Below are positions 1 to 8,615 of a DNA stretch of 64,000 bases, in pieces. Origin of the DNA: Solirubrobacterales bacterium (GTDB lineage: Bacteria; Actinomycetota; Thermoleophilia; Solirubrobacterales; 70-9); the NCBI GenBank assembly GCA_041393495.1, contig JAWKKA010000003.1, positions 99,448 through 163,447 on the forward strand, written 5' to 3'. Under the pieces are notes generated by a model that ran no database searches, was not told where the DNA came from, and saw nothing but the letters and a program-made list of their open reading frames with translations. Both the position numbers and the translations under genes were made by a program. Positions within the stretch are counted from its first letter, which is position 1; each line of letters starts with the position of its first letter.

Positions 1-327
1 CAGCACCGCGACGATCAGTGGCGTCGCAGCAATCAGGATCGCCGCGACCGACGAGCTCACGTGCTCCTCGCCGAAGGCGATCAGCGGGAACGGGATCGCG
101 ATCTCGATGATCGCGTAGACGAGCACCCAGCGGCGGTAGCGACGCAGCGATCCGAGCAATCCGGACCGCCAGGCGAGCGGCAGCAGCACGAGTGCGCCCA
201 GCAGCACCCGCGACCAGGCGAGAAAGCCGGGCGAGACGCCGTGGTCGACCGCGACGCTGATGAACAGGTAGGGGATGCCCCAGAGGACGGAGACGGCGGC
301 GAACAGCGCCCACGCGCGGGCGCTCAA
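1..327 (-). CDS. EamA/DMT-family transporter, N-terminal part (gene runs off the window start)
   Basis: Not in the ORF track because there is no stop in the window. Reverse translation from TTG at 327-325 gives LSARAWALFAAVSVLWGIPYLFISVAVDHGVSPGFLAWSRVLLGALVLLPLAWR..., typical first TM helices of EamA permeases. The start overlaps the upstream gene stop as TTGA. Confidence 0.55.
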   Translation of the reverse strand, partial: MSARAWALFAAVSVLWGIPYLFISVAVDHGVSPGFLAWSRVLLGALVLLPLAWRSGLLGSLRRYRRWVLVYAIIEIAIPFPLIAFGEEHVSSSVAAILIAATPLIVAVL

Positions 328-995
328 GGGGTGGTCGGCTCGGTTCGCGGGCTGAGGTCGGGCAGGGTGCTGCGGAGCAGCAGGTAGGAGAGCCAGACCC
401 CGAGCGCGAACAGCGGGATGCCGGTGATCACCTTCGCTACGGCAAGCGGCCCGACCATCCCCGACAGGTACAGCGGGAGTTGGATCGACAGCCGGAAGCA
501 GAACAGCCCGACCCAGATCCAGCTCGCCTTCGTGTAGGCGCTGCGCCGGGCCGGATCGCGGTACCAGGCGCGTCCCTCGCCGGTCACGGTTGAGACGATC
601 AGGCCGAGGAGCGGGCGCTTGACCAGAATCGAGACCAGGTAGGCGCTCGCCGAGGCCGCATTGATGATGATCCCGGGCAGGAAGAAGTCCTCGGCCCTGC
701 CGGTCCGCGACGCGACGAAGGCGCCGAAGGCGACGCCGGCGACCCCGGAGAGGGCGAACTGCGTCGTCTGCCGGCGCAGGACCCGCGCTCCGGCGAGGAC
801 GGCGCTGATCGCGACCGCGACGATCCCGCCGACGAGGATCTCGCGACCGGTCGCGGCCCAGACGATCGTGAACGCGATGAACGGCAGCGTCGCTTCGGCG
901 ATCCCGAGCCAGCCGCCGACCGCCGACAGGAGCGAAGGCGGGCCCGCCGCGTCCTGCCGGGTCGCGTTCGCGATCCATCCCGGTTTACGTTGCAT
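324..995 (-). CDS. DUF3159-like integral membrane protein
   Basis: 223-aa ORF with multiple TM helices (LPFIAFTIVWAATG, GVAGVAFGAFVA, GIIINAASASAYLVSILV, ITGIPLFALGVWLSYLLL). It resembles actinobacterial DUF3159 proteins. Confidence 0.6.
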   Translation of the reverse strand: MQRKPGWIANATRQDAAGPPSLLSAVGGWLGIAEATLPFIAFTIVWAATGREILVGGIVAVAISAVLAGARVLRRQTTQFALSGVAGVAFGAFVASRTGRAEDFFLPGIIINAASASAYLVSILVKRPLLGLIVSTVTGEGRAWYRDPARRSAYTKASWIWVGLFCFRLSIQLPLYLSGMVGPLAVAKVITGIPLFALGVWLSYLLLRSTLPDLSPRTEPTTP

Positions 996-1134
996 GGGGC
1001 GATGACGCTAGCGTCCCGGCGATGTCGCCGGCATCTGCCGAGGCTCTCGCCCGTCGCTGCGGGCGTCGCGCCGATCGCCTCGATCCGCCGCCGGCCCGGC
1101 ACCGAGCGGCCGGAATCGGGCAGACTTGCCCGCG

Positions 1135-1443
1135 ATGGCGATCGCCCTGCTGAGCTACGAGTACGTCGACGACATCCTCGAGCGCCGGCCGCCGCACCGC
1201 GGTGACCATCTCCGGCACGTCGAGGAGTTCGCGTCCGGGCAGGGCCTGGTGGTGGCCGGGGCAGTCGGCGAGCCGCCCCACGGCGCGCTGTTCGTCTTCG
1301 AGGACGAGGTGGATCCGGCTGCCGCCGCGGCGGCGTTCGCGGCCGCGGACCCCTACGTCGCCGCCGGGCTCGTGACCGCCCACACGATCGAGCCCTGGGC
1401 CGTCGTCGCAAACACGTGGCTTTCGGAGCCGGGCAGGCGCTGA
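1135..1443 (+). CDS. YciI-family protein
   Basis: The ORF track opens at TTG 1126. ATG 1135 gives MAIALLSYEYVDDILERRPPHRGDHLRHVEEF..., a YciI-like fold signature of about 100 aa. Confidence 0.7.
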   Translation: MAIALLSYEYVDDILERRPPHRGDHLRHVEEFASGQGLVVAGAVGEPPHGALFVFEDEVDPAAAAAAFAAADPYVAAGLVTAHTIEPWAVVANTWLSEPGRR

Positions 1444-1494
1444 TCGGCGCGTGCGCCGGTTGCCCGGCCCGGCGGCGGGGTAGATTGCCGCTCG

Positions 1495-2670
1495 ATGACC
1501 CCGGCCACCGCTGAGCCGACCCTGGGGCCGGCCCTGGAGGAGATGATCGCCCGCTTCGACCCGGGTCTCATCGACGTCCCCGGCGGCACCGCCCGGATCC
1601 GGCTCGAGGTGGTCGACGGCGCCGACCACGACGCCGTGATCGAGATGCCCGAGGCGCGGCTCGAGCCGCCGCGTGGCGACCCCGACGCCCGCCTGGTCGC
1701 CGATCAGCGGACCTGGCGGCTGCTCGCCGACGACGTCGCCGCCGGGATGGACGCCTTCGGTCGCGGCCGGCTCCGGGTCCGCGACGATCTCCACCTCGGC
1801 GTCGGTCTGCTGGCCGCGACGAGCAGCGAAGGCGAGCCCGGCCGGCTCCGGTTCGGCCGGATCGGCGCCGGCGGCCACGAGATCGCCTACTGCGAGGCCG
1901 GCGAGGGACCGCCGCTGGTCTGCATCCATGGGCTCGGTGGCACCAAGGCCTCGTTCCTGCCGACCCTCGCCGCGGTCGCGCCCGAGGGCCACCGGGTGAT
2001 CGCGATCGACCTCCCCGGCTTCGGCGACTCGGACAAGCCGCACGCGGCTCCCTTCGACGCCCCCTGGTACGCGGATGTGATCGGCGACGTGCTCGACGCG
2101 TTCGGCTTCGAGCGCGCCAGCTTCGCCGGCAACAGCATGGGCGGCCGGATCGCCCTCGAGCTCGGGATGTGCCGCTCCGAGCGGGTCGATCGCCTCGTCC
2201 TCCTCGCCCCGGCGCTGGCCTGGCTTCGCGAGCGCCCCTGGAAGTGGCTCCTGCAGGTGCCGCTGCCACGTCTCGGCTACCTGCAGCCGACGCCGCGAAG
2301 GATCGTCGACCCGATCGTCCGCAGGGTCGTCCCCGGTGGCGATCGCGGCTGGACGGCCGCCGGCATCGACGAGTTCCTGCGTGGCTACCTGACTCCGGCC
2401 GGGCGCTACGCCTTCTACGAGTGCGCCCGCAACATCTACCTCGACGAGCCCTATGGACGGGAGGGCTTCTGGACCCGGCTCAAGAAGCTCGACTCGAGAT
2501 CGCTGTTCGTCTGGGGGCGTCAGGACGTCCTCGTCCCGATCTCCTTCATGCGCCACGTCGAGCGGGCGCTGCCCGCCGTCGCGCACCTCGAGCTCGACTG
2601 CGGCCACGTCCCGCAGATCGAGCGCCCCGAGACGACCCACGAGGCGATGATCGAGTTCCTGCGGGATTGA
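1495..2670 (+). CDS. SCP2 sterol-carrier-like domain fused to alpha/beta hydrolase
   Basis: The N-terminus is SCP2-like (ARIRLEVVDG...RTWRLLADDVAAGMDAFGRGRLRVRDDLHLGVGLL). It is followed by HGLGG, DLPGFGDSDKP and the nucleophile elbow GNSMGG. Confidence 0.75.
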   Translation: MTPATAEPTLGPALEEMIARFDPGLIDVPGGTARIRLEVVDGADHDAVIEMPEARLEPPRGDPDARLVADQRTWRLLADDVAAGMDAFGRGRLRVRDDLHLGVGLLAATSSEGEPGRLRFGRIGAGGHEIAYCEAGEGPPLVCIHGLGGTKASFLPTLAAVAPEGHRVIAIDLPGFGDSDKPHAAPFDAPWYADVIGDVLDAFGFERASFAGNSMGGRIALELGMCRSERVDRLVLLAPALAWLRERPWKWLLQVPLPRLGYLQPTPRRIVDPIVRRVVPGGDRGWTAAGIDEFLRGYLTPAGRYAFYECARNIYLDEPYGREGFWTRLKKLDSRSLFVWGRQDVLVPISFMRHVERALPAVAHLELDCGHVPQIERPETTHEAMIEFLRD

Positions 2671-2769
2671 CCGCGCGACCGGCCGGCGCCCGGGGCTTGG
2701 CCGAGGGCCAGGGAGGGGCGGCTGGCGCGGGGAGCCCGACCGGGTCGTCCGCTCAGCCGGTGGCCCTCC

Positions 2770-3627
2770 TCAGGCCAGCGCGCGCAGCCGCTCCGCCAGC
2801 CGGTTCATCCCGAATCGCTCGGCGGCATCGGCGGCGGCATCCCAGTCGGTCGGCGTGTCGGGCGGGCGGGCGGTGCCCGCGTCCTGGAGCGTCGCCATCT
2901 CGCGGTAGGCGAGGATCTGCTCGCGGTCGTCGCGGAGGGCGCCGCGGATCCGCGGCGTGCTCTGCTCGAGCGCCCGGTCGAGGATCTCGTCGAGGCTCCC
3001 GTAGCGGCGCAGGAGGTCGGCCGCGGTCTTCTCACCGATCCCCTTCGCGCCGGGGATCCCGTCCGACGGGTCGCCGCGGAGCGCGATGAAGTCCGGGACC
3101 TGCCCGGGGTCGATGCCGTAGCGCGACCGCACCTCGGCCGGGCCGATCGCCTCCATCCCCTGCACGCCCTTGGCCGGGTAGAGGATCGTCACCGACCCGC
3201 TCGCGCACTGGAACATGTCGCGGTCGCCGGTCAGGATCAGGGTCGTGCCGCCGGCCGCGGTCTCGGCGGCGGCGAGGGTGCCGAGCAGGTCGTCGGCCTC
3301 GAGCGTCTCGTGCTCGACGATCAGCCAGCCGAACGCCGAGAAGAGCTCACGGCTCGCCTCCCATTGCGGCACGAGCAGCTCCGGCATCTCGGGCCGGTCG
3401 GCGTGGTAGCCGGAGTACAGCTCGACCCGGTAGTGCGCGGCCTCGGCGCCGAAGCAGAGGACGACTGCGCGCGGTCGGTGCGCGGCAACCTCGCGGACGA
3501 TCAGGTTCGCGGTGCCGAGCAGGGCGTTCACGGGCTCGCCATCGGTGCCCACGATCGACTTCGGGAGCGCGAAGAAGGCGCGGTAGAGCATCGACGGCGC
3601 GTCGACGGCGAGCAGCGCTCCCGGCAT
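2770..3627 (-). CDS. 5'-3' exonuclease (Pol I N-terminal / FEN-like)
   Basis: Motifs LLAVDAPSMLYRAFFALP, EADDLLGTLA, LTGDRDMFQ and DFIALRGDPSDGIPGAKGIGEKTAADLL (H3TH). Confidence 0.85.
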   Translation of the reverse strand: MPGALLAVDAPSMLYRAFFALPKSIVGTDGEPVNALLGTANLIVREVAAHRPRAVVLCFGAEAAHYRVELYSGYHADRPEMPELLVPQWEASRELFSAFGWLIVEHETLEADDLLGTLAAAETAAGGTTLILTGDRDMFQCASGSVTILYPAKGVQGMEAIGPAEVRSRYGIDPGQVPDFIALRGDPSDGIPGAKGIGEKTAADLLRRYGSLDEILDRALEQSTPRIRGALRDDREQILAYREMATLQDAGTARPPDTPTDWDAAADAAERFGMNRLAERLRALA

Positions 3628-3662
3628 CGCCCCAACCTATCGCTCGCCGGTCATCCGCCCGG

Positions 3663-3968
3663 TCAGCCGCCCGCCCGGCCGTCGATCGCGTCGGCGTAGG
3701 CGCCGTGGTAGGCGTTCGCGGCGCCGACGCCGGTGACCCCGTAGGCCTCGGCCATCGCCGCCCGCAGGGTCGTCCGGAACTCGCGGCCGTGCCAGCGCCG
3801 CGCCTCGGTCGCGGGCCCGACGGCGATGTGGACGAGCTCGTGCAGGAGCGTCTCGAGGGCATCGCCGCGGCGGATCCCCGGATAGGCCGTGACCGAGATC
3901 CGGTTCTCGGCGGGCACGGCGAAGCCGAGCCGGCTCCGCGGCCGCCGCGACGCCCGGCGGATGGCCAT
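3663..3968 (-). CDS. SprT-like zinc metallopeptidase-fold protein (start uncertain, probably further upstream)
   Basis: HExxH motif LLHELVHIAVG preceded by the SprT-like RSRLGFAVPAENRISV. The same frame stays open, with about 96% GC3, up to 4160 with no ATG/GTG/TTG (see findings). Confidence 0.5.
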   Translation of the reverse strand: MAIRRASRRPRSRLGFAVPAENRISVTAYPGIRRGDALETLLHELVHIAVGPATEARRWHGREFRTTLRAAMAEAYGVTGVGAANAYHGAYADAIDGRAGG

Positions 3969-4162
3969 CGTCGGCGGGTCGCTCGCGAGCCGCCCGCGCG
4001 GACCGCCGAGCTCCTCGAGCGCGCAGAGCCGCCCGAGCTCGGCCGCCAGGTCGATCCCGGCGACGCGGTAGTAGGCGGCCGGGCGGTCGGGCGGGGCGAC
4101 CCGTTTCGGCGCGCGCGTCCCCTTGTGGCGGTGCAGGCGGATCTGCGGGAGGATGAAGCATC

Positions 4163-4519
4163 ATGGCGCCGGAACCGGAGGCGGAGCCGCTCGATCTCGC
4201 CGAGGTGGAGACCTCGCTGCGGACACGGTTGGCCGAGGTGCGCGATCGCCTCGCCGTGCTCAAGGAGCCCCCCGAGAGCGGCTCCGGAATCGGCTTCGGC
4301 AAGCGGATCGGCGATGGCACGACCGAGGCGATCGGCCGCTTCACCGACGTCGGCGTCGCCGACAGCCTCGAGGCGATCGAGGCGCAGCTCGAGCGCGCGC
4401 TCGCCAAGCTCGCCGAGGGCAGCTACGGCGCCTGCGACTCCTGCGGCGCCGAGATCGCGGCCGGCCGGCTGCGGATCCGGCCCGAGAGCACAGTCTGCGT
4501 GGACTGCGCGGCGCGGTAG
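4163..4519 (+). CDS. DksA/TraR-family C4 zinc-finger protein
   Basis: C-terminal CDSCGAEIAAGRLRIRPESTVCVDC four-Cys finger after a coiled-coil-like region. Confidence 0.75.
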   Translation: MAPEPEAEPLDLAEVETSLRTRLAEVRDRLAVLKEPPESGSGIGFGKRIGDGTTEAIGRFTDVGVADSLEAIEAQLERALAKLAEGSYGACDSCGAEIAAGRLRIRPESTVCVDCAAR

Positions 4520-4606
4520 GCCCGACGGCCGTCTGAGCGGCCAGGCGAGCGGGCCGGGCAAGGACCCACCGGCGCGACTCGCTGCGCTCACGCCGACCGT
4601 CGTGGG

Positions 4607-5374
4607 TCAGTCGATCAGCCGTCGCGTCAGCCGGTCGATCGCGAGCCTCCACATGGCGAACGCGAGCGCCGCGAGGCCGGCGAGCCGGAGCAGGTCGGTC
4701 CACTCGAACCCGAAGCAGGCCCCGCGGACGAGGACGACGAGCTGATGGAGCGGATTGAGCTGGGAGAGGACCTGGGCCCAGTCGGGGAGCTGGTCGATCG
4801 GGAAGAACGTCCCGGCGAGCAGGAACATCGGCGTGATGACCAGCGTCGTCACGTAGTTGAACTGGTCGATCTTGGCGACGCTGCCTGCGACCGCGATGCC
4901 GAACCCGGCGAACGCGAGGGCGGTGATCAGCGAGAAGAACGGGACCAGCACCATCGCCGGAGCGGGGTCGAGCCCGAAGCCGATCGTGACCAGCAGCGGG
5001 AACGTTCCGAAGACGCCGGCCCGAAGGCCGATCCACAGCATCTCGCCGCTGACCAGCTCCTCGACGTCGACCGGGGCGGCGAGGATCGCGTCGTAGGTCC
5101 GCTGGAAGCGGTGCTTGACGAAGGTGCCGAACATCGCCGGCAGCGCGCTCGCGAAGACGACGGCGGTGGCGACCATGCCGGTGCCGACGAACTCGACGTA
5201 GTCGATGCCGTCGACCTGCGTGACCAGCGTCGTCCCGAGGCCGAGTCCGAAGGCGAGCAGGTAGATCAGCGGCTCGATCAGGCTCGAGAACGTGGTGCTG
5301 CGCCAGAAGGTCCTGAAGTTCGCGACCTCGCGGCTCATCACGCCGAGTACCGCTGCCGGCTCGATCCGCCTCAT
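4607..5374 (-). CDS. ABC-2 type exporter permease
   Basis: 255 aa with six predicted TM segments and an N-terminus FRTFWRSTTFSSLIEPLIYLLAFGLGLG typical of ABC-2/NodJ-DrrB permeases. A 4-nt overlap links it to the ATPase gene. Confidence 0.8.
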   Translation of the reverse strand: MRRIEPAAVLGVMSREVANFRTFWRSTTFSSLIEPLIYLLAFGLGLGTTLVTQVDGIDYVEFVGTGMVATAVVFASALPAMFGTFVKHRFQRTYDAILAAPVDVEELVSGEMLWIGLRAGVFGTFPLLVTIGFGLDPAPAMVLVPFFSLITALAFAGFGIAVAGSVAKIDQFNYVTTLVITPMFLLAGTFFPIDQLPDWAQVLSQLNPLHQLVVLVRGACFGFEWTDLLRLAGLAALAFAMWRLAIDRLTRRLID

Positions 5375-6261
5375 TCGAGCTCCTCCCCGGTCAGCTCGAT
5401 GAAGACGTCCTCGAGCGAGCTTGGGCGGGTTATCGCGTCCTCGGGGACGATGCCGTCCGGAGCCCGCTCGCAGCCGACGATCACGAGCGCCGGACCGGCC
5501 GAGCGGACCGGCAGTCCCGCCGCTTCGGCGCTGGCGCGGACCTCGGCCCGGCGCTCGGGCGGCGCGTAGTACTCGGCGGTGCGGCGTCCGGCATGCTCGG
5601 CGATCAGCTCGCCGGGGCGGCCCCGGACGATCACCCTGCCGCTCGCCATCAGCGCGACCTCGTCGGCGAGCCGCTCGGCCTCCTCGATGTAGTGCGTCGA
5701 CATCAGGATCGTCGCCCCCTCCGCGCGCAGGCCCTCGATCAGCGTCCAGATCTCGGCCCGGATCTGCGGGTCGAGCCCGACCGTCGGCTCGTCGAGCAGC
5801 ACCAGCCGGGGGCGGTGGACGAGCCCGCGGGCGATCAGCAGGCGCCGCCGCATGCCGCCCGAGAGCTCGTCGACGGCGTCATGGCGGCGATCGGTGAGGC
5901 GAGCGAGGGCGAGCGCCCGATCGACCGCGCCGTCGAGGTCGCGGACGCGGTAGAGGCGCGCGAAGACGCGCAGGTTCTCCTCGACCGTCACGTCGATGTC
6001 GAGGTTGTCGAGCTGCGGGACGACGCCCATCCGCGCCCGCGCCTCCTTCGACTCCTTCGGCAACTCGTAGCCGAGCACCCGGAGGCTGCCGTCGTCGGCG
6101 ATCGCCTGGCCGGTCAACAGGCGCATCGTCGTCGACTTGCCGGCGCCGTTGGGCCCGAGCAGGCCGAGGCAGACGCCCTCGGGGACGCTCAGGTCGAGCC
6201 CGTCGACCGCCCGGATCGGGCCGAAGGCCTTGACCACGCCCTGCAGTTCGATCGCCGCCAC
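5371..6261 (-). CDS. ABC transporter ATP-binding protein (DrrA/NodI-like)
   Basis: Walker A GPNGAGKST, signature LSGGMRRR, Walker B LVLLDEP. I place the start at GTG 6261 (VAAIELQGVVKAFG). The ORF-track extension to 6504 runs through a 45-bp tandem repeat. Confidence 0.85.
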   Translation of the reverse strand: MAAIELQGVVKAFGPIRAVDGLDLSVPEGVCLGLLGPNGAGKSTTMRLLTGQAIADDGSLRVLGYELPKESKEARARMGVVPQLDNLDIDVTVEENLRVFARLYRVRDLDGAVDRALALARLTDRRHDAVDELSGGMRRRLLIARGLVHRPRLVLLDEPTVGLDPQIRAEIWTLIEGLRAEGATILMSTHYIEEAERLADEVALMASGRVIVRGRPGELIAEHAGRRTAEYYAPPERRAEVRASAEAAGLPVRSAGPALVIVGCERAPDGIVPEDAITRPSSLEDVFIELTGEELE

Positions 6262-6463
6262 CGGCCGGGCACCATCGCACAACGCCGCCCGGTCCCCGCC
6301 CACAACCGGCCGGGCGCCATTCGCACAACGCCGCCCGATCCACGCCCCCATCGGCCGGGCGCCATTCGCACAACGCCGCCCGATCCACGCCCCCATCGGC
6401 CGGGCGCCATCGCATGATGCCGCGGAATCCCCGGCCGCCATCGCATGATGCCGCCCAGCCCCC
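6262..6463. repeat. 45-bp tandem repeat array (about 4.5 units) filling the ABC/TetR divergent intergenic region
   Basis: Units lie at 6262-6306, 6307-6351, 6352-6396 (identical to the previous unit), 6397-6431 and 6432-6463. The last two are truncated variants sharing GCCATCGCATGATGCCGC. Confidence 0.8.
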
Positions 6464-6482
6464 GGACTAGACTCGGCCCACC

Positions 6483-7082
6483 CTGCGACGCCGACCGCTG
6501 ACAACCGAGCGTGCTCTACGGCGACGCGAGCAGCTCCTCGAGGTCGCCCTCGAGCAGTTCCTCGCCCGCGACTACGAGGACGTCGCCGTGGACGAGATCG
6601 CGGCGGCGGCGGGTGTATCGCACGGGCTCGTCTTCCAGTACTTCGGGTCGAAGAAGGACCTCTACGTCGCGGCGATCGAGCCGCTTCTGGTCGGCTTTCA
6701 GGAACGCGCCCGCGGCGCTCCCGAGGACATCGGGCCGGAGCGGCGGCTTCGCCACGCGATCGGCTCCTACTACGACGACGCCCGCGCCCATCCCGCCGGC
6801 TACCGGTCGCTGATGGCGGGCGGCGGCGGCTTCCGCGAGGTCTTCGACCGGATCGAGGCGCAGCGCTGGTCGGGGATCGGGTTGATCGCCGCGGTCAGCG
6901 GGCTCGACGTCGAGCGCGGCGACGTCCGCGCGGTGCTGCGCGGCTGGGTCGGGTTCCTCGAGGGCGCGATCCTGGCATCGCTGGAGCGCGACGACGCCGA
7001 TCGCGAGGCGGTGATCGACGCCGCGATGGCCGTCTTCGACGCCGGGCTCGCCGTCCTCGGCTCCGACCCCGACACGGCTTGA
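6483..7082 (+). CDS. TetR-family transcriptional regulator (start codon unresolved)
   Basis: HTH region RREQLLEVALEQFLARDYEDVAVDEIAAAAGVSHGLVFQYFGSKKDLY. The ORF-track start GTG 6588 would cut helix 1. The frame is open from 6471 but offers only CTG codons (6483, 6498). Confidence 0.7.
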   Translation: MRRRPLTTERALRRREQLLEVALEQFLARDYEDVAVDEIAAAAGVSHGLVFQYFGSKKDLYVAAIEPLLVGFQERARGAPEDIGPERRLRHAIGSYYDDARAHPAGYRSLMAGGGGFREVFDRIEAQRWSGIGLIAAVSGLDVERGDVRAVLRGWVGFLEGAILASLERDDADREAVIDAAMAVFDAGLAVLGSDPDTA

Positions 7083-8197
7083 GCCCGGCGTCGGACCCGC
7101 AGCGGCGCGAGTCGCTCGCGGACCGGATCGAGCGCGCGATCGAGGCGCGCACCGACGCCGAGGCCGAGATCGCCCGCGGCGAGGCCGAGTCGAAGGCGCG
7201 CGGGCCGAGCATCCGCCGCTCCGCGTTCTGGCTGCTCCTCACCGGCGTCTCTCTCTATCTCGTCGCCCCGAGCCTGCTCGACGTCCTCGGCTCCTGGCAG
7301 AACCTCCGCGAGATCGATCTGCTCTGGTTTCCGCTGCTGGCGCTGCTGCAGCTCGCCTCGCTCGGCTGCGTCTGGATCCTTCAGCGGCTGACGATCCCGC
7401 GCTCGCCCTGGTCGGCGGTGATCGACTCGCAGCTCGCCGGCAACGCGCTCGCGAAGATCGCGCCGGGGGGCGGGGCGATGGGAGCCGCCCTCCAGTACAG
7501 GATGCTGGTCGAGCGCGGGATCGCGCGGGGTCGTGCAGTCGCCGGGATCACCGCCGTCAACCTGCTCACGTTCGCCGTCGTCCTCGGCCTGCCGGTGCTG
7601 GCGCTGCCGGCGCTGCTCGGCGGCGGCGTCGACCGCAACCTCCTCGAGGCGGCCCTCGTCAGCGTGGTCGTCTTCCTGTTCCTGACCGCGATCGCCGTGC
7701 TGTTCATCGCTGCCGACGGCCCGCTGCGCCGCGTCACCGCCGCGATCGAGAGGGTGCGGAACCGGCTGCGTCGCCACTCGCCGCCAACCGACCACCTACC
7801 CGGGCGCGTCCAGCACGAGCGCGACCGGATCCTCGCCGCGCTCGGCGACGACTGGCCGAAGGCCGTCCTCGCGACGGTCGGGCGGTGGGCCTTCGACTTC
7901 GCGATCCTGCTCGCCGCGCTCGCAGCGGTCGGCGCCCACCCGGCGCCCGGCCTCGTCCTGCTCGCCTTCTGTGTCGCCCAGGTCCTCGCCCAGATCCCCG
8001 TCACGCCTGGTGGCCTCGGCTTCGTCGAGACCGGCCTCACCGCGCTGCTCGCGCTCGCCGGCGTTGGCGCCGGCGACGCCGTCCTCGCCACCTTTCTCTA
8101 TCGCCTCTTCACCTACTGGCTGCCGCTGCCGCTCGGCCTGCTCGGCCTGTGGCTGCACCGCCGGCATCAGGGCGACGGAACGGTCGGGGAGGGCTGA
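7079..8197 (+). CDS. Lysylphosphatidylglycerol-synthase-TM-domain (UPF0104) flippase-like membrane protein
   Basis: 372 aa, polytopic, with the C-terminal motif IPVTPGGLGFVETGLTALL typical of UPF0104. The TTG start overlaps the TetR stop (TTGA). Confidence 0.7.
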   Translation: MSPASDPQRRESLADRIERAIEARTDAEAEIARGEAESKARGPSIRRSAFWLLLTGVSLYLVAPSLLDVLGSWQNLREIDLLWFPLLALLQLASLGCVWILQRLTIPRSPWSAVIDSQLAGNALAKIAPGGGAMGAALQYRMLVERGIARGRAVAGITAVNLLTFAVVLGLPVLALPALLGGGVDRNLLEAALVSVVVFLFLTAIAVLFIAADGPLRRVTAAIERVRNRLRRHSPPTDHLPGRVQHERDRILAALGDDWPKAVLATVGRWAFDFAILLAALAAVGAHPAPGLVLLAFCVAQVLAQIPVTPGGLGFVETGLTALLALAGVGAGDAVLATFLYRLFTYWLPLPLGLLGLWLHRRHQGDGTVGEG

Positions 8198-8222
8198 GGA
8201 GGGCGCCAGCGCTCGTGCGGAC

Positions 8223-8615
8223 CTACTTGAACTGCTTGTCGTGGATGCAGAGCCCGTAGATGATCAGGACGTCGGCGGCGATGATCAGAAGCGACCAGAT
8301 CGGGAAGACCGCGACGAAGAAGAGCTGCCAGACGAAGTTCAAGCAGCAGAGGATGATCCCGAGGCCCTGGCCGTTCGCGTTGCGGCGCAGGATCAGGACG
8401 GCGGTGAGGAGCTGCAGCGCGCCGATCGCGATCAACGTCATCCCCCAGAACGTCAGGTCGCCGAAGAACAGGTTCTCGGCGCGGAACTTCGCGTCGCCGG
8501 CGAGCGCGACCACACCGTCGATCGCGTTGAAGGTCCCGAGCAGCCCGAACAGGACGCCGATGAAGCTGACCCAGCCCTCGCCCCGGTCGCGGATCGCCGC
8601 CTCGCCTCGACTCAT
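8223..8615 (-). CDS. Small 4-TM membrane protein (DUF7144/HdeD-like)
   Basis: I chose ATG 8615 (MSRGEAAIRDRGEGWVSFIGVLFGLLGTFNAIDGVVAL...), which is preceded by a GGGAGAGG RBS. The upstream part of the 213-aa ORF is Arg-rich junk. Confidence 0.55.
   Translation of the reverse strand: MSRGEAAIRDRGEGWVSFIGVLFGLLGTFNAIDGVVALAGDAKFRAENLFFGDLTFWGMTLIAIGALQLLTAVLILRRNANGQGLGIILCCLNFVWQLFFVAVFPIWSLLIIAADVLIIYGLCIHDKQFK

Noticed and set aside
985-2640. Very long ORFs antisense to, or out of frame with, recognisable genes. Examples: 985-2640(-), 3347-4591(-), 13163-16063(+) opposite glnN, 35030-38068(-) opposite the S8 gene, 42087-43628(-), 52638-54170(-), 57215-58834(-), 62237-63439(-).
   Set aside because: Their products are Arg/Pro/Gly/Ala-rich low-complexity strings with no motifs. 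Stop codons are rare in all frames at this GC content. In every case another frame or strand carries a gene with clear family signatures.
6262-6504. N-terminal extension of the ABC ATPase through the 45-bp repeat, giving a repeated GARPMGAWIGRRCAN peptide.
   Set aside because: The frame stays open only because the repeat period is a multiple of 3. Codon usage in the repeat is atypical (TGT, AAT, CGT). The conserved ATPase N-terminus begins at GTG 6261. It remains testable (see findings).
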